Shown here one piece after another: positions 33,921 to 40,159 of a stretch of DNA of 40,159 nt (positions are counted from its first letter, which is position 1; the number at the start of each line of letters is the position of its first letter). The DNA comes from a virus: IMG/VR virus record IMGVR_UViG_3300028916_000007. One strand, given 5' to 3'. Under the pieces are notes generated by a model, which made no database searches, had not been told where the DNA came from, and was given only the letters and a program-made list of their open reading frames with translations. Made by a program: the position numbers and the translations under genes.

Positions 33921-36074
33921 TTATTCCCTCCGTTTGATTACATTTTCTAAGCAATTTTGACAATAAATTGAAATTCCCTGCACCCTCTGCCAGCTCGGCG
34001 GGAGAGGCAGTCCGCACAGTTCACAGTCTTCCCAATCCCCGGCTTCGTCTAGATTCCTGCCGTCTGGGGCGAAATGGGACAGATCGCGGGACAGATTTGG
34101 GACAGATGAATCAGTAACATGGGACACATGGACAGATGGGACAGATATTTTCGACTTGTTGTCAATGTAAGAGTATATTTTCTCTAAAATCTGGACAGGG
34201 TATTTTTGCGTTTTATCTGTCCTAGTGTCCCTTGTTATTTGTTTATCTGTCCCTTTATCTGTCCCAATCTGTCCCAAAGAGAAAGTATCTGTCCCATTTA
34301 TAGTATAATTAGATATAATTGTATCAAACGCTTCTTTGTCAAAAAACAATCCATAATATCCTCTCTTCCGTGATCCCTGCTCATAAGTCCGGTCTGCCTT
34401 TCGGCCAAGAGTATTCTTGATGTAGTTGGCCATCGAGCGATCGCTTTCAGGAGCTGCATTTATTACCATGCAATATTTTTCATACTTCTCCCTAATATCT
34501 TCAAATGCAGTAAACACCTTCCAAGTATCTTCTTCTTGGACAGAGTAACAATCACTGAAGAATGAGCTAATACTATGGCTCTGTCTGTCGTATTCCTCCG
34601 TTAGCTTTGCGCCCGTGGTTCTCCGGTGTATGGTTTTGGACTGGACAATATTCCTTGCTCTGAGTACGACTAGGTTTAGCAGTCCGGAAAGCTCAGACTC
34701 AGACGTTATTTTCTGGAGTAGTTGAGGGTCTCGTTTCCTCTCCCATACATGATCGGCATTCGGTTCGTCTACGAATGAAAAACGAAAGTCCAGTTTCACA
34801 AGTCTCCGCTGAAATCCAAATGTATGGTCCCAGAACTGTGGCGGGCTGTTGGTATCGAATATCTGCAAGCACGTCGGCCTGAAGTGTATCCGGTCCCGGT
34901 TTTTCAGGTCAGAGTCTATCATCGTGCCGCCCGATATCATCTTGATCCAGCGACTCTCCATCTTCGTGCCCTGCACCTCGGAGTTTATGAGCGCTCTTTT
35001 TCGCCTTATGGCGCCCCTTATGAACTGATTCGAATTCAGCTCGGACAGCTCGACCTCTGTCACCTGATCTGGCCCGAAGAATGCAGAGATTGCAGACTCC
35101 AACACTGATTTCCCGTTGCTGCCTGGCCCGATCATGGCCACGAAATATTCCCATGTGGCCATTGTGGCCATTGCGACAAAGCAGTCAAGGACCGTCAGGA
35201 TATCGTCTATACTGGACAACGACTCCCACAGAAAATTGATAAATCTTGGGCACCCTGCCTTAGGATCATACTTTACCGGGCTCTTCAAGGAGAGCAGAAA
35301 GTCCGGTGAATGGCTGAAAAACTCGCCGGTCTCCAGGTCGATAACCCCGTTGGCCACACAAAACAGGTTTAATTTTTGGTCAAAGATGTTGGGCACGCAT
35401 AGCGTTCTTGCCCTAATCTTCTTCATGACTTCTTTTGATTGATGAATAGTGTAGAGGTTTCCGCAAAGAGCATCCAGAATGTAGTCTATTGCTTCTTCAC
35501 CGTAGGGCTCATAGATTCCGTTTCTGTAGCACCAGATCGTCTTATCATCGCTCGTGGTTTTCAGATGCAGCGACTTGATACACGCATCTGCCGCCTTCGA
35601 CGGATCAAATGCAGCCTGCTTAGTGCCATCCTTCCCTACTGAAATGCTTGTCACGTCATCGGCAACGAGGGGCTTTGCGCCGCTTCGCCAGGCCCGCGCC
35701 GGCCTGCCACTCCTGGGATAGTCGCATAGCCTCTCCTCGCAATACTTCCTGACATACGAGGCTCGTAGGATGTCGCAACTCAGTCTATCTGCCTGGCCAT
35801 ATACATCTTCGACCAACTGCCCTATCACTTCAGCCGATGGATGGAAGATAAGCCGTGCTGCCCACTCGGTGATAATGCGCTTGGTATCGGTTTTCCCCAC
35901 CGAAGCATCCCGGAAATATGCGACGTAAGCCTGGATTAGCGTGCGTGTCTCGTCAGCATCTGCTGGCCCGGAAGTCTCCCAGGCATCGATCAGGCAGACA
36001 GGCATTTTCTGCTCATCATGGCCTGCCAGCTCAGGCAGGAGGGCAAGCTCGGTCAAGCTTCGCCCCCAGGGCAA
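33921..36074 (-). CDS. Replicative SF3 helicase, D5 / phage-plasmid primase P4-family type, with C-terminal Zn ribbon
   Basis: 717 aa. Walker A is MIGPGSNGKSVLE and Walker B-like is RALINSEVQ. There is a D5_N-like region upstream and CELCG...YCQNC at the C-terminus. No primase catalytic motif recognised in the N-terminal ~130 aa. Confidence 0.8.
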   Translation of the reverse strand: MPWGRSLTELALLPELAGHDEQKMPVCLIDAWETSGPADADETRTLIQAYVAYFRDASVGKTDTKRIITEWAARLIFHPSAEVIGQLVEDVYGQADRLSCDILRASYVRKYCEERLCDYPRSGRPARAWRSGAKPLVADDVTSISVGKDGTKQAAFDPSKAADACIKSLHLKTTSDDKTIWCYRNGIYEPYGEEAIDYILDALCGNLYTIHQSKEVMKKIRARTLCVPNIFDQKLNLFCVANGVIDLETGEFFSHSPDFLLSLKSPVKYDPKAGCPRFINFLWESLSSIDDILTVLDCFVAMATMATWEYFVAMIGPGSNGKSVLESAISAFFGPDQVTEVELSELNSNQFIRGAIRRKRALINSEVQGTKMESRWIKMISGGTMIDSDLKNRDRIHFRPTCLQIFDTNSPPQFWDHTFGFQRRLVKLDFRFSFVDEPNADHVWERKRDPQLLQKITSESELSGLLNLVVLRARNIVQSKTIHRRTTGAKLTEEYDRQSHSISSFFSDCYSVQEEDTWKVFTAFEDIREKYEKYCMVINAAPESDRSMANYIKNTLGRKADRTYEQGSRKRGYYGLFFDKEAFDTIISNYTINGTDTFSLGQIGTDKGTDKQITRDTRTDKTQKYPVQILEKIYSYIDNKSKISVPSVHVSHVTDSSVPNLSRDLSHFAPDGRNLDEAGDWEDCELCGLPLPPSWQRVQGISIYCQNCLENVIKRRE
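34076..34295. promoter_or_regulatory. Putative replication origin: inverted arrays of 9-bp iterons flanking an AT-rich spacer, inside the helicase ORF
   Basis: GGGACAGAT occurs at 34076, 34088, 34099 and 34138, with variants at 34121 (GGGACACAT) and 34129 (TGGACAGAT). ATCTGTCCC occurs at 34245, 34257, 34267 and 34287, with variants at 34215 and 34223. The AT-rich spacer is 34147-34214. Confidence 0.6.
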
Positions 36075-36158
36075 AAGCTAAGTAGAACTAACTCCGATGT
36101 CATTGTGCACCAAACCGCTGCCTATCGGATGTTAGCGCATCCGGTGGGCAATTCTCAC

Positions 36159-36296
36159 TTATTCTCTCTCTTCGATTCCCGCTATTCTGAGAATCCACTC
36201 CTCCCAGGTGAGGCCGGAAGCATCCTTTTTCTTCTTCAGCTTCACGAACTTCTCCTCTGGGAATCGCAGATTCACGGCCTTGATTCCTTCTGCCAT
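36159..36296 (-). CDS. Unannotated 45-aa ribbon-helix-helix (CopG/Arc-like) protein
   Basis: Hand translation gives MAEGIKAVNLRFPEEKFVKLKKKKDASGLTWEEWILRIAGIEERE, a strand-helix-helix pattern. A repeat/palindrome and a TATA-like box lie directly upstream. No SD. Confidence 0.55.
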   Translation of the reverse strand: MAEGIKAVNLRFPEEKFVKLKKKKDASGLTWEEWILRIAGIEERE

Positions 36297-36300
36297 GCTT

Positions 36301-36328
36301 CTTAGATACTATCTTAGATAGTATATTA
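36301..36328 (-). promoter_or_regulatory. Promoter/operator: 12-bp tandem repeat, also a 9-bp-arm palindrome, plus a TATA-like box
   Basis: cttagatactat / cttagatagtat sit in tandem. ATACTATCT-t-AGATAGTAT is an inverted repeat at 36306-36324. TAATATAC on the minus strand lies at -32..-25 from the ATG at 36296. Confidence 0.45.
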
Positions 36329-36413
36329 GCCTTTCCCTTGCTCCTGAAGTCCGGGCACATCCCCGGCTTGCACAGCGCTGGATGAGTCAGGCACCCGGGC
36401 GTCTTGCATTGCC

Positions 36414-36578
36414 TCATGCTTTCACTCCCTTCCGTCGCCCCTTGCCCCTGAGCTTCTTCATTTTCCACGCGCTCGTGCCGTCTGCCCGCTGGAACTGGCA
36501 TTTTTCCTGCTCAGGCGTCACAAAACAGGACCGGGTCCGGCACTGTCGGAACCAGTCACATCCACCGCAGGCTCTCAT
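36414..36578 (-). CDS. Unannotated 54-aa Cys-rich (Zn-binding-like) protein
   Basis: Hand translation gives MRACGGCDWFRQCRTRSCFVTPEQEKCQFQRADGTSAWKMKKLRGKGRRKGVKA. ATGA overlaps at both ends. Confidence 0.45.
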   Translation of the reverse strand: MRACGGCDWFRQCRTRSCFVTPEQEKCQFQRADGTSAWKMKKLRGKGRRKGVKA

Positions 36579-36766
36579 GCTCGCCTCCATGCTCGTAGCG
36601 CATTGGCAACGGTGGATGGTTTCGCGCCATACAGCGCGCCTATGTCATGATTCGTCCACCCTTCGGCAGACAGCCGGGCAACCTCATCGTAGTCCTCTCT
36701 CGGGATGAGTGTCCGGACTTTCCAGCTACTCCGTCCCCTCTGCTTGATTTTGTAGCGGCTGCTCAT
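36575..36766 (-). CDS. Small HTH DNA-binding protein
   Basis: The internal ATG at 36766 is ATGA-coupled to the upstream micro-ORF. Sequence MSSRYKIKQRGRSSWKVRTLIPREDYDEVARLSAEGWTNHDIGALYGAKPSTVANALRAWRRA, in which GWTNHDIGALYGAKPSTVANAL is the HTH. Confidence 0.55.
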   Translation of the reverse strand: MSSRYKIKQRGRSSWKVRTLIPREDYDEVARLSAEGWTNHDIGALYGAKPSTVANALRAWRRA

Positions 36767-36891
36767 GCCATCCGCTCCCACTGCTTCCGGATCGCTTCCT
36801 CGGTCCGCTCCAGAGCGAGCAGATGGTATTCCCGCTCAGCCGCCAGCTCCTGCAAGCGCTTGGTGGGATGCTCTCGCTGCCAGGCGTTCAT
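36763..36891 (-). CDS. Unannotated 42-aa helical protein
   Basis: Hand translation gives MNAWQREHPTKRLQELAAEREYHLLALERTEEAIRKQWERMA. ATGA overlaps at both ends. Confidence 0.4.
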   Translation of the reverse strand: MNAWQREHPTKRLQELAAEREYHLLALERTEEAIRKQWERMA

Positions 36892-37007
36892 CGCCGCACC
36901 CTCCTGCTCAGCGCCTTCCCGGCCTGCCAGACCTCATCCCGCCTGGGCACGTAGTGCCTCGGAAAAATGATGAGCGGCCCCAGCCACTTCCTGCGAATAT
37001 TCCTCAT
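36888..37007 (-). CDS. Unannotated 39-aa basic protein
   Basis: Hand translation gives MRNIRRKWLGPLIIFPRHYVPRRDEVWQAGKALSRRVRR. ATGA overlaps at both ends. Confidence 0.35.
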   Translation of the reverse strand: MRNIRRKWLGPLIIFPRHYVPRRDEVWQAGKALSRRVRR

Positions 37008-37255
37008 GTGATCCCTGCCCACGCCCGATGCTTCAGCCAAGCGCAGCACTTTTCATAACTCTGGTCTGCCTGATATTCCAGCCAGAGACGCTGACACTCC
37101 CCCCACGCAATCAGAGTTGACAGATACATTTCAAACATCCTCCAACAGTGGACTATCCCGAGGAATGCTTTCCGCTCCTCAGCTCCGAGAATAACAGCCT
37201 CAGGTGGCTTCGGCGTGGCCTTGATGAGATTGCTCTTGGATCGCTTGGTCGTCAC
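37004..37255 (-). CDS. Hypothetical protein
   Basis: 83-aa ORF with a GTG start overlapping the upstream TGA (GTGA). Confidence 0.4.
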   Translation of the reverse strand: MTTKRSKSNLIKATPKPPEAVILGAEERKAFLGIVHCWRMFEMYLSTLIAWGECQRLWLEYQADQSYEKCCAWLKHRAWAGIT

Positions 37256-37572
37256 GTTCCCGCCTCCCTGACATTTTTTAGAACTCTTTCCAGACTTTCA
37301 ATGCAAGCCCCCCAAATCGGCCTGGGATCCGACTGCAAGGCAAAGAGAATAGTATCCAGCCTGTCCAGGTCACCTGGCTGAATCTTCTCCAGCGGGATCC
37401 GGTCGGTCGTCTCGATGAGCGCGGCCTGTAGGGAGATGGTCCGGTTCTTCTCTGCGATCAGATCCATCTGCGCATCGCAGCGTGTCGTCAGGATCTTGAT
37501 TACGGCCTCGGCACTCATAGCTGGCATCTGCTCAGCCATGCCCTGCATGGCGGCGGCTTCGGCGGTGATCAT
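37252..37572 (-). CDS. Hypothetical protein
   Basis: The internal ATG at 37572 (MITAEAAAMQG...) is ATGA-coupled to the stop of 37569-37814. The track start at 37665 would overlap by 97 nt. Confidence 0.45.
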   Translation of the reverse strand: MITAEAAAMQGMAEQMPAMSAEAVIKILTTRCDAQMDLIAEKNRTISLQAALIETTDRIPLEKIQPGDLDRLDTILFALQSDPRPIWGACIESLERVLKNVREAGT

Positions 37573-37814
37573 GTCGACCAGTACCCCGACTTCCGCTGCG
37601 CCTGCTCCCACTCGGCCCGCTGCGCTATGCGATCGATATTGTGTATTTTTTTCGATTTCACCCACGGGTCGTCAAAAAACCCGCATGTACTGCCGCCCTT
37701 CGCGCCTTTCTTTTGGCTCATGCTCTCGCCTTCCAGTAGTACATTTTCAGAAGCACTTTCAATGGTGTAAAGTAAATTGTACAGTCGCTCACTCGACCAC
37801 CTCGACCCGCTCAA
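37569..37814 (-). CDS. Hypothetical protein (start uncertain: 37814 or 37721)
   Basis: 81-aa track ORF. The alternative ATG at 37721 (MSQKKGAKGG...) avoids a 26-nt overlap with the upstream gene. Confidence 0.35.
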   Translation of the reverse strand: MSGSRWSSERLYNLLYTIESASENVLLEGESMSQKKGAKGGSTCGFFDDPWVKSKKIHNIDRIAQRAEWEQAQRKSGYWST

Positions 37815-38028
37815 TTCCTACAATCTGCCAGCCGCCGCCTCTCCGATAGCGTCGGTAGTGGCCGGAAATCTGCACCCGCTGCCCGACTCTGGCAGCCATT
37901 CCTGGCCCGTACTCCCTGGGCAGCCACACATGATCTCTGCTCATCCCATTCGAGCAGGTGACCTCATGCAGGATCGGATGGCCTGCTTCCGAAACGCCGG
38001 AAACGAGGCCGGTAAAAATGAGGGTCAT
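37789..38028 (-). CDS. Hypothetical protein
   Basis: 79-aa ORF whose start overlaps the upstream stop. Confidence 0.4.
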   Translation of the reverse strand: MTLIFTGLVSGVSEAGHPILHEVTCSNGMSRDHVWLPREYGPGMAARVGQRVQISGHYRRYRRGGGWQIVGIERVEVVE

Positions 38029-38246
38029 GGCAGCGCCCCCGTCACATTCCAGAAGCAGCCAAAGGTATTCGCCAGGATGCTAACATTTAGATCATCACCT
38101 GCGAACGAAAAATTTTGGAAGCCTTGCCCGGTCGAGCTGCCAGTGATGGACAGCGAGACTGCCCCGGCGTGCGTGCAGACGACTGCAAAAATTCCGAAAA
38201 CGATAGCCATCACAGCAAACCAGATATGCAGAGGATCGATCCTCAT
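38025..38246 (-). CDS. Small membrane protein
   Basis: The internal ATG at 38246 is ATGA-coupled to the upstream stop. MRIDPLHIWFAVMAIVFGIFAVVCTHAGAV contains a TM helix. Confidence 0.45.
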   Translation of the reverse strand: MRIDPLHIWFAVMAIVFGIFAVVCTHAGAVSLSITGSSTGQGFQNFSFAGDDLNVSILANTFGCFWNVTGALP

Positions 38247-38482
38247 GCAGTGCACCTTCCGACTCGGACCCGCCCGGTGATGCACGCGATGATAGTCCGC
38301 TGCCCGATCAGGCCCCGCAGCTCGTCATACATCTCAGCCGAGGCTTCGTATCGATTGCCATCGATTTGAGCGATGGCCGCGCCGTCTTCCAGCTCAGCAG
38401 ACTCCAATATCCCAATGCAGCCACGGCATTCCGGCAGAATGATAGGAAAATTATTTGTAGAAGTGGAAACAGTTTCAATCAT
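38243..38482 (-). CDS. Hypothetical protein
   Basis: 79-aa ORF that overlaps the end of the upstream wHTH gene by 8 nt. Confidence 0.4.
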   Translation of the reverse strand: MIETVSTSTNNFPIILPECRGCIGILESAELEDGAAIAQIDGNRYEASAEMYDELRGLIGQRTIIACITGRVRVGRCTA

Positions 38483-38759
38483 GCTGCCCGGCCCCCTTGG
38501 GTTGGGCGGTTTTCCGTCCCTCTTTCAGAACGTCCCTGCCGTATCCGGTTATGGTTACGAAAACTTTTCCTCGGGACTTGGCCCGATCTTCCAGCACCGC
38601 CCCGAGCACATCGAGTCGATCAATTCGGTGCCTGATGGCGCTATCTTTCAGCCCCGTTTCACGTTGGCAGCTTTCCGAAATGGTGGATAGCTGTGATCCT
38701 GAAAAAGTCTCTACGTTTTCAAGTATCTGTCTATCGATTTTATCAAATACTTCTTCCAT
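38475..38759 (-). CDS. Winged-helix transcriptional regulator
   Basis: 94 aa. IDRQILENVETFSGSQLSTISESCQRETGLKDSAIRHRIDRLDVLGAV is Lrp/MarR-like wHTH. Confidence 0.55.
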   Translation of the reverse strand: MEEVFDKIDRQILENVETFSGSQLSTISESCQRETGLKDSAIRHRIDRLDVLGAVLEDRAKSRGKVFVTITGYGRDVLKEGRKTAQPKGAGQHD

Positions 38760-38987
38760 ATTTCCCGTCCCAGAAGGCCGGGAAGGCTACAAAAGCGATT
38801 AGCATGCAAAGCTTGATATGCTTGCAACGCTCTATCCTCTGTAGCCTGGGTTCTTCCCTCCCGCCTGCGAAGCATGAGGTTGAGCCCTGGCCTTCTTCTG
38901 ATATTCTTTGCGGCCCGGTTGGGGCCGCGAGCCTAAATACTTTCTGATGTAGTCTATGCTACTTTGCCGTGCGTGCGGCGAAAGTGA

Positions 38988-39359
38988 TTAGTCTGATTTG
39001 AAGTGGAACGATTGCCAATCGATCTCCGCTCGCTCGTTCCTGATCAGCCACTGCAGCTCCTGAACTCGCATGCTGGCCAGATCCATCCTGAGCTGTGCCT
39101 CACCTTTCTTGACTCGCGCAGCTTCAACGGCTGCCAGTTCCATCGTGCAGCCATTTTTCAGCTCTGCTGCTCGCGTTTCCGCGTTCTTCCCGAGTATCGC
39201 GCCGGAAAGCAGCAGTTCTACCTCCCTGATTTTCAGGGCTTCCCGCGCCTTCAGATCCTCTTCTGAGACTTCATGGAGTTCTATCCTGGCCGTCCGAAGA
39301 TCCTCGAAAGCTCTCTGGATCTGATCTTCTCTGGTTGGTTCTGTAGATTTTTCGCACAT
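38988..39359 (-). CDS. Coiled-coil protein
   Basis: 123-aa ORF, heptad-rich and charged. Confidence 0.4.
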   Translation of the reverse strand: MCEKSTEPTREDQIQRAFEDLRTARIELHEVSEEDLKAREALKIREVELLLSGAILGKNAETRAAELKNGCTMELAAVEAARVKKGEAQLRMDLASMRVQELQWLIRNERAEIDWQSFHFKSD

Positions 39360-39360
39360 T

Positions 39361-39600
39361 TCAATTCACCTTTTTCTGAAGTGCCGAGATTGCCGCGTAT
39401 GTGCCGCGAATCTCGACAACAATCTCTCTTCTGCTATCCGATGCCCCGGCCACGAAGGGGAAATCAATCTCATACGGAACGCCCAGAGCGTCTTCGATCC
39501 TGCTGACCCGAAGCCCCAAGCCCAATAACCGCCTTGCGGCTTCTTCGACTGAGAAAACGTGCTCCAATCCATTGATGATTTTCACCTTCGCGTCTGGCAT
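39361..39600 (-). CDS. Hypothetical protein, first gene of the minus-strand early operon
   Basis: 79-aa ORF with AGGAG 10 nt upstream of the ATG and TATA-like sequences further upstream. Confidence 0.45.
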   Translation of the reverse strand: MPDAKVKIINGLEHVFSVEEAARRLLGLGLRVSRIEDALGVPYEIDFPFVAGASDSRREIVVEIRGTYAAISALQKKVN

Positions 39601-39753
39601 CTTATTCTATCTCCTGGCTATATGCATGCATTGCATACTATATATGTTTTGCGGTGTTGGCATATAACGGCTATCATCGATACAATATAGGTTATATACG
39701 TCGATTGGCGAAAGTATATATAGTAGCATGTGCAGCTAGTCAATGTGGTGTAT
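39601..39753. promoter_or_regulatory. Divergent AT-rich promoter/operator region between the minus-strand early operon and the plus-strand RHH-integrase arm
   Basis: TATA-like ctatatatg (39638-39646) and gtatatatag (39714-39723). Inverted repeat TATGCA(39621-39626)/TGCATA(39632-39637) within the atgcatgcat palindromic tract. Confidence 0.5.
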
Positions 39754-39912
39754 ATGGCAGCGAAAGCAACGACATCAATCAGACTATCGAAGGATACAAG
39801 GGACCGGATAGCCAACTTTGGAAAGGCAGGTGAATCGCTAGAGACTGCCTTGATTCGCGTACTGGAAGTCGCCGAGGACTGTGAAAAGAGGCGAGTAGCG
39901 AAGTCTATCTAA
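39754..39912 (+). CDS. Ribbon-helix-helix (CopG/Arc-like) regulator
   Basis: ATG at 39754; the track start at 39730 is GTG. Sequence MAAKATTSIRLSKDTRDRIANFGKAGESLETALIRVLEVAEDCEK, a strand-helix-helix pattern. Confidence 0.6.
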   Translation: MAAKATTSIRLSKDTRDRIANFGKAGESLETALIRVLEVAEDCEKRRVAKSI

Positions 39913-39940
39913 AACGATTATATACTATTACTAGCAGCAG

Positions 39941-40123
39941 GTGAAAATAATGAAATGTCCGAAATGTGGATCACATAACACCAAAGGCGGCCCACTTGGG
40001 TGGGTGAAATGGGCAATAGTTGTCATGGGATGTTTTCTGTTCTTTGTACCGGGGCTCATCCTCTATCTGATCTGGAGGCATCCCATGAAAAGCTGTGTCG
40101 AGTGTGGCTTTATGTGGCAATGA
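39941..40123 (+). CDS. Zinc-ribbon membrane protein
   Basis: 60 aa with CPKC...(TM helix WAIVVMGCFLFFVPGLILYLIW)...CVEC. Its 3' end lies within the terminal repeat. Confidence 0.55.
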   Translation: MKIMKCPKCGSHNTKGGPLGWVKWAIVVMGCFLFFVPGLILYLIWRHPMKSCVECGFMWQ

Positions 40124-40159
40124 GATAATACCGTATTTTCCTAACTGCCTGAAGGTGCA
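40083..40159. repeat. Terminal direct repeat, copy 2 (contig self-overlap)
   Basis: Identical to nt 1-77. It cuts through the 3' end of CDS 39941-40123. Confidence 0.95.

Larger units (their letters stand above)
1..40159. mobile_element. Complete self-overlapping (circular or terminally redundant) ~40.08-kb genome of a temperate siphovirus-like head-tailed virus
   Basis: nt 1-77 = nt 40083-40159. Full terminase/portal/capsid/connector/tail gene set plus tyrosine integrase and a replication-recombination module. Very little non-coding DNA. Confidence 0.85.

Noticed and set aside
34076-34295. Possibility that the GGGACAGAT repeats are a mini-CRISPR array
   Set aside because: The units are only 9 bp and irregularly spaced at 9-22 bp, with no spacer-sized unique segments. 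They are arranged as two inverted arrays around an AT-rich core inside an ORF. An iteron/origin interpretation fits and a CRISPR interpretation does not.
36100-36501. 133-aa minus-strand ORF covering the 36.1-36.5 kb region
   Set aside because: Highly basic, low-complexity sequence. The region is better explained by the ATGA-coupled 54-aa Cys-rich ORF (36414-36578) and the 45-aa RHH ORF (36159-36296) with its own operator. An ATGA-coupled start at 36417 (MRQCKTPGCLTHPALCKPGMCPDF...) might yield a short Cys-rich peptide. Its extension, however, reads through the promoter/operator and overlaps the RHH gene, so I left it uncalled.
1-40159. Search for a reverse transcriptase, Avd, DNA polymerase, endolysin or CRISPR/defence genes among all listed ORFs
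   Set aside because: I could not recognise RT motifs (YxDD with upstream motifs), polymerase motifs or wall-hydrolase motifs in any ORF of 60 aa or more. This is a by-eye negative and needs profile searches before it is taken as absence.

Overview
The window is a self-overlapping contig: nt 1-77 are identical to nt 40083-40159. It therefore represents a complete, circular or terminally redundant, ~40.08-kb genome of a temperate, siphovirus-like head-tailed virus. Almost all genes lie on the minus strand in three tightly packed blocks, many joined by ATGA/TGATG/TTGA stop-start overlaps. (i) An early/regulatory block of small genes runs 39600->36100. (ii) A replication-recombination block runs 36074->30937. 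It holds an SF3 D5/P4-type helicase with an iteron-type origin embedded in its own ORF, a RecT/Bet-like annealase and an XPF/ERCC4-like nuclease. (iii) A ~27-kb morphogenesis block runs 30435->3305. It holds TerS, a TerL split into ATPase and nuclease ORFs, portal, a MuF-scaffold fusion, a decoration-like protein, the major capsid protein, connector genes, tail terminator, tube, chaperones, an 1823-aa tape measure, tail-tip proteins and three tandem tail-collar fibre paralogues. A short plus-strand arm leaves an AT-rich divergent promoter region (39601-39753). It carries an RHH regulator, a Zn-ribbon membrane protein, an RHH/wHTH protein, a XerC/D-type tyrosine integrase and five small accessory genes, two of which are secreted paralogues. 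The stand-out signal is a diversity-generating-retroelement (DGR) footprint. An adenine-rich template repeat (20753-20868) lies 179 nt from a variable repeat (20932-21047) that forms the C-terminus of a lectin/FGE-fold structural protein. In the 107-nt core, 25 of 26 mismatches fall on template adenines. I can recognise no reverse transcriptase or Avd gene anywhere in this apparently closed genome. Other points worth a second look are a tRNA-like element with an aberrant anticodon arm, a duplicated tube-like gene next to the DGR target, a membrane-protein cassette inside the head-tail joining genes, and several unannotated <60-aa genes revealed by stop-start coupling. The host domain is not determinable by eye. 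TATA-like boxes ~25-32 nt upstream of SD-less start codons and the XPF/Hef-like nuclease lean archaeal, but GGAGG-type Shine-Dalgarno sites are also common. All functional calls rest on motifs recognised by eye; no database search was run.
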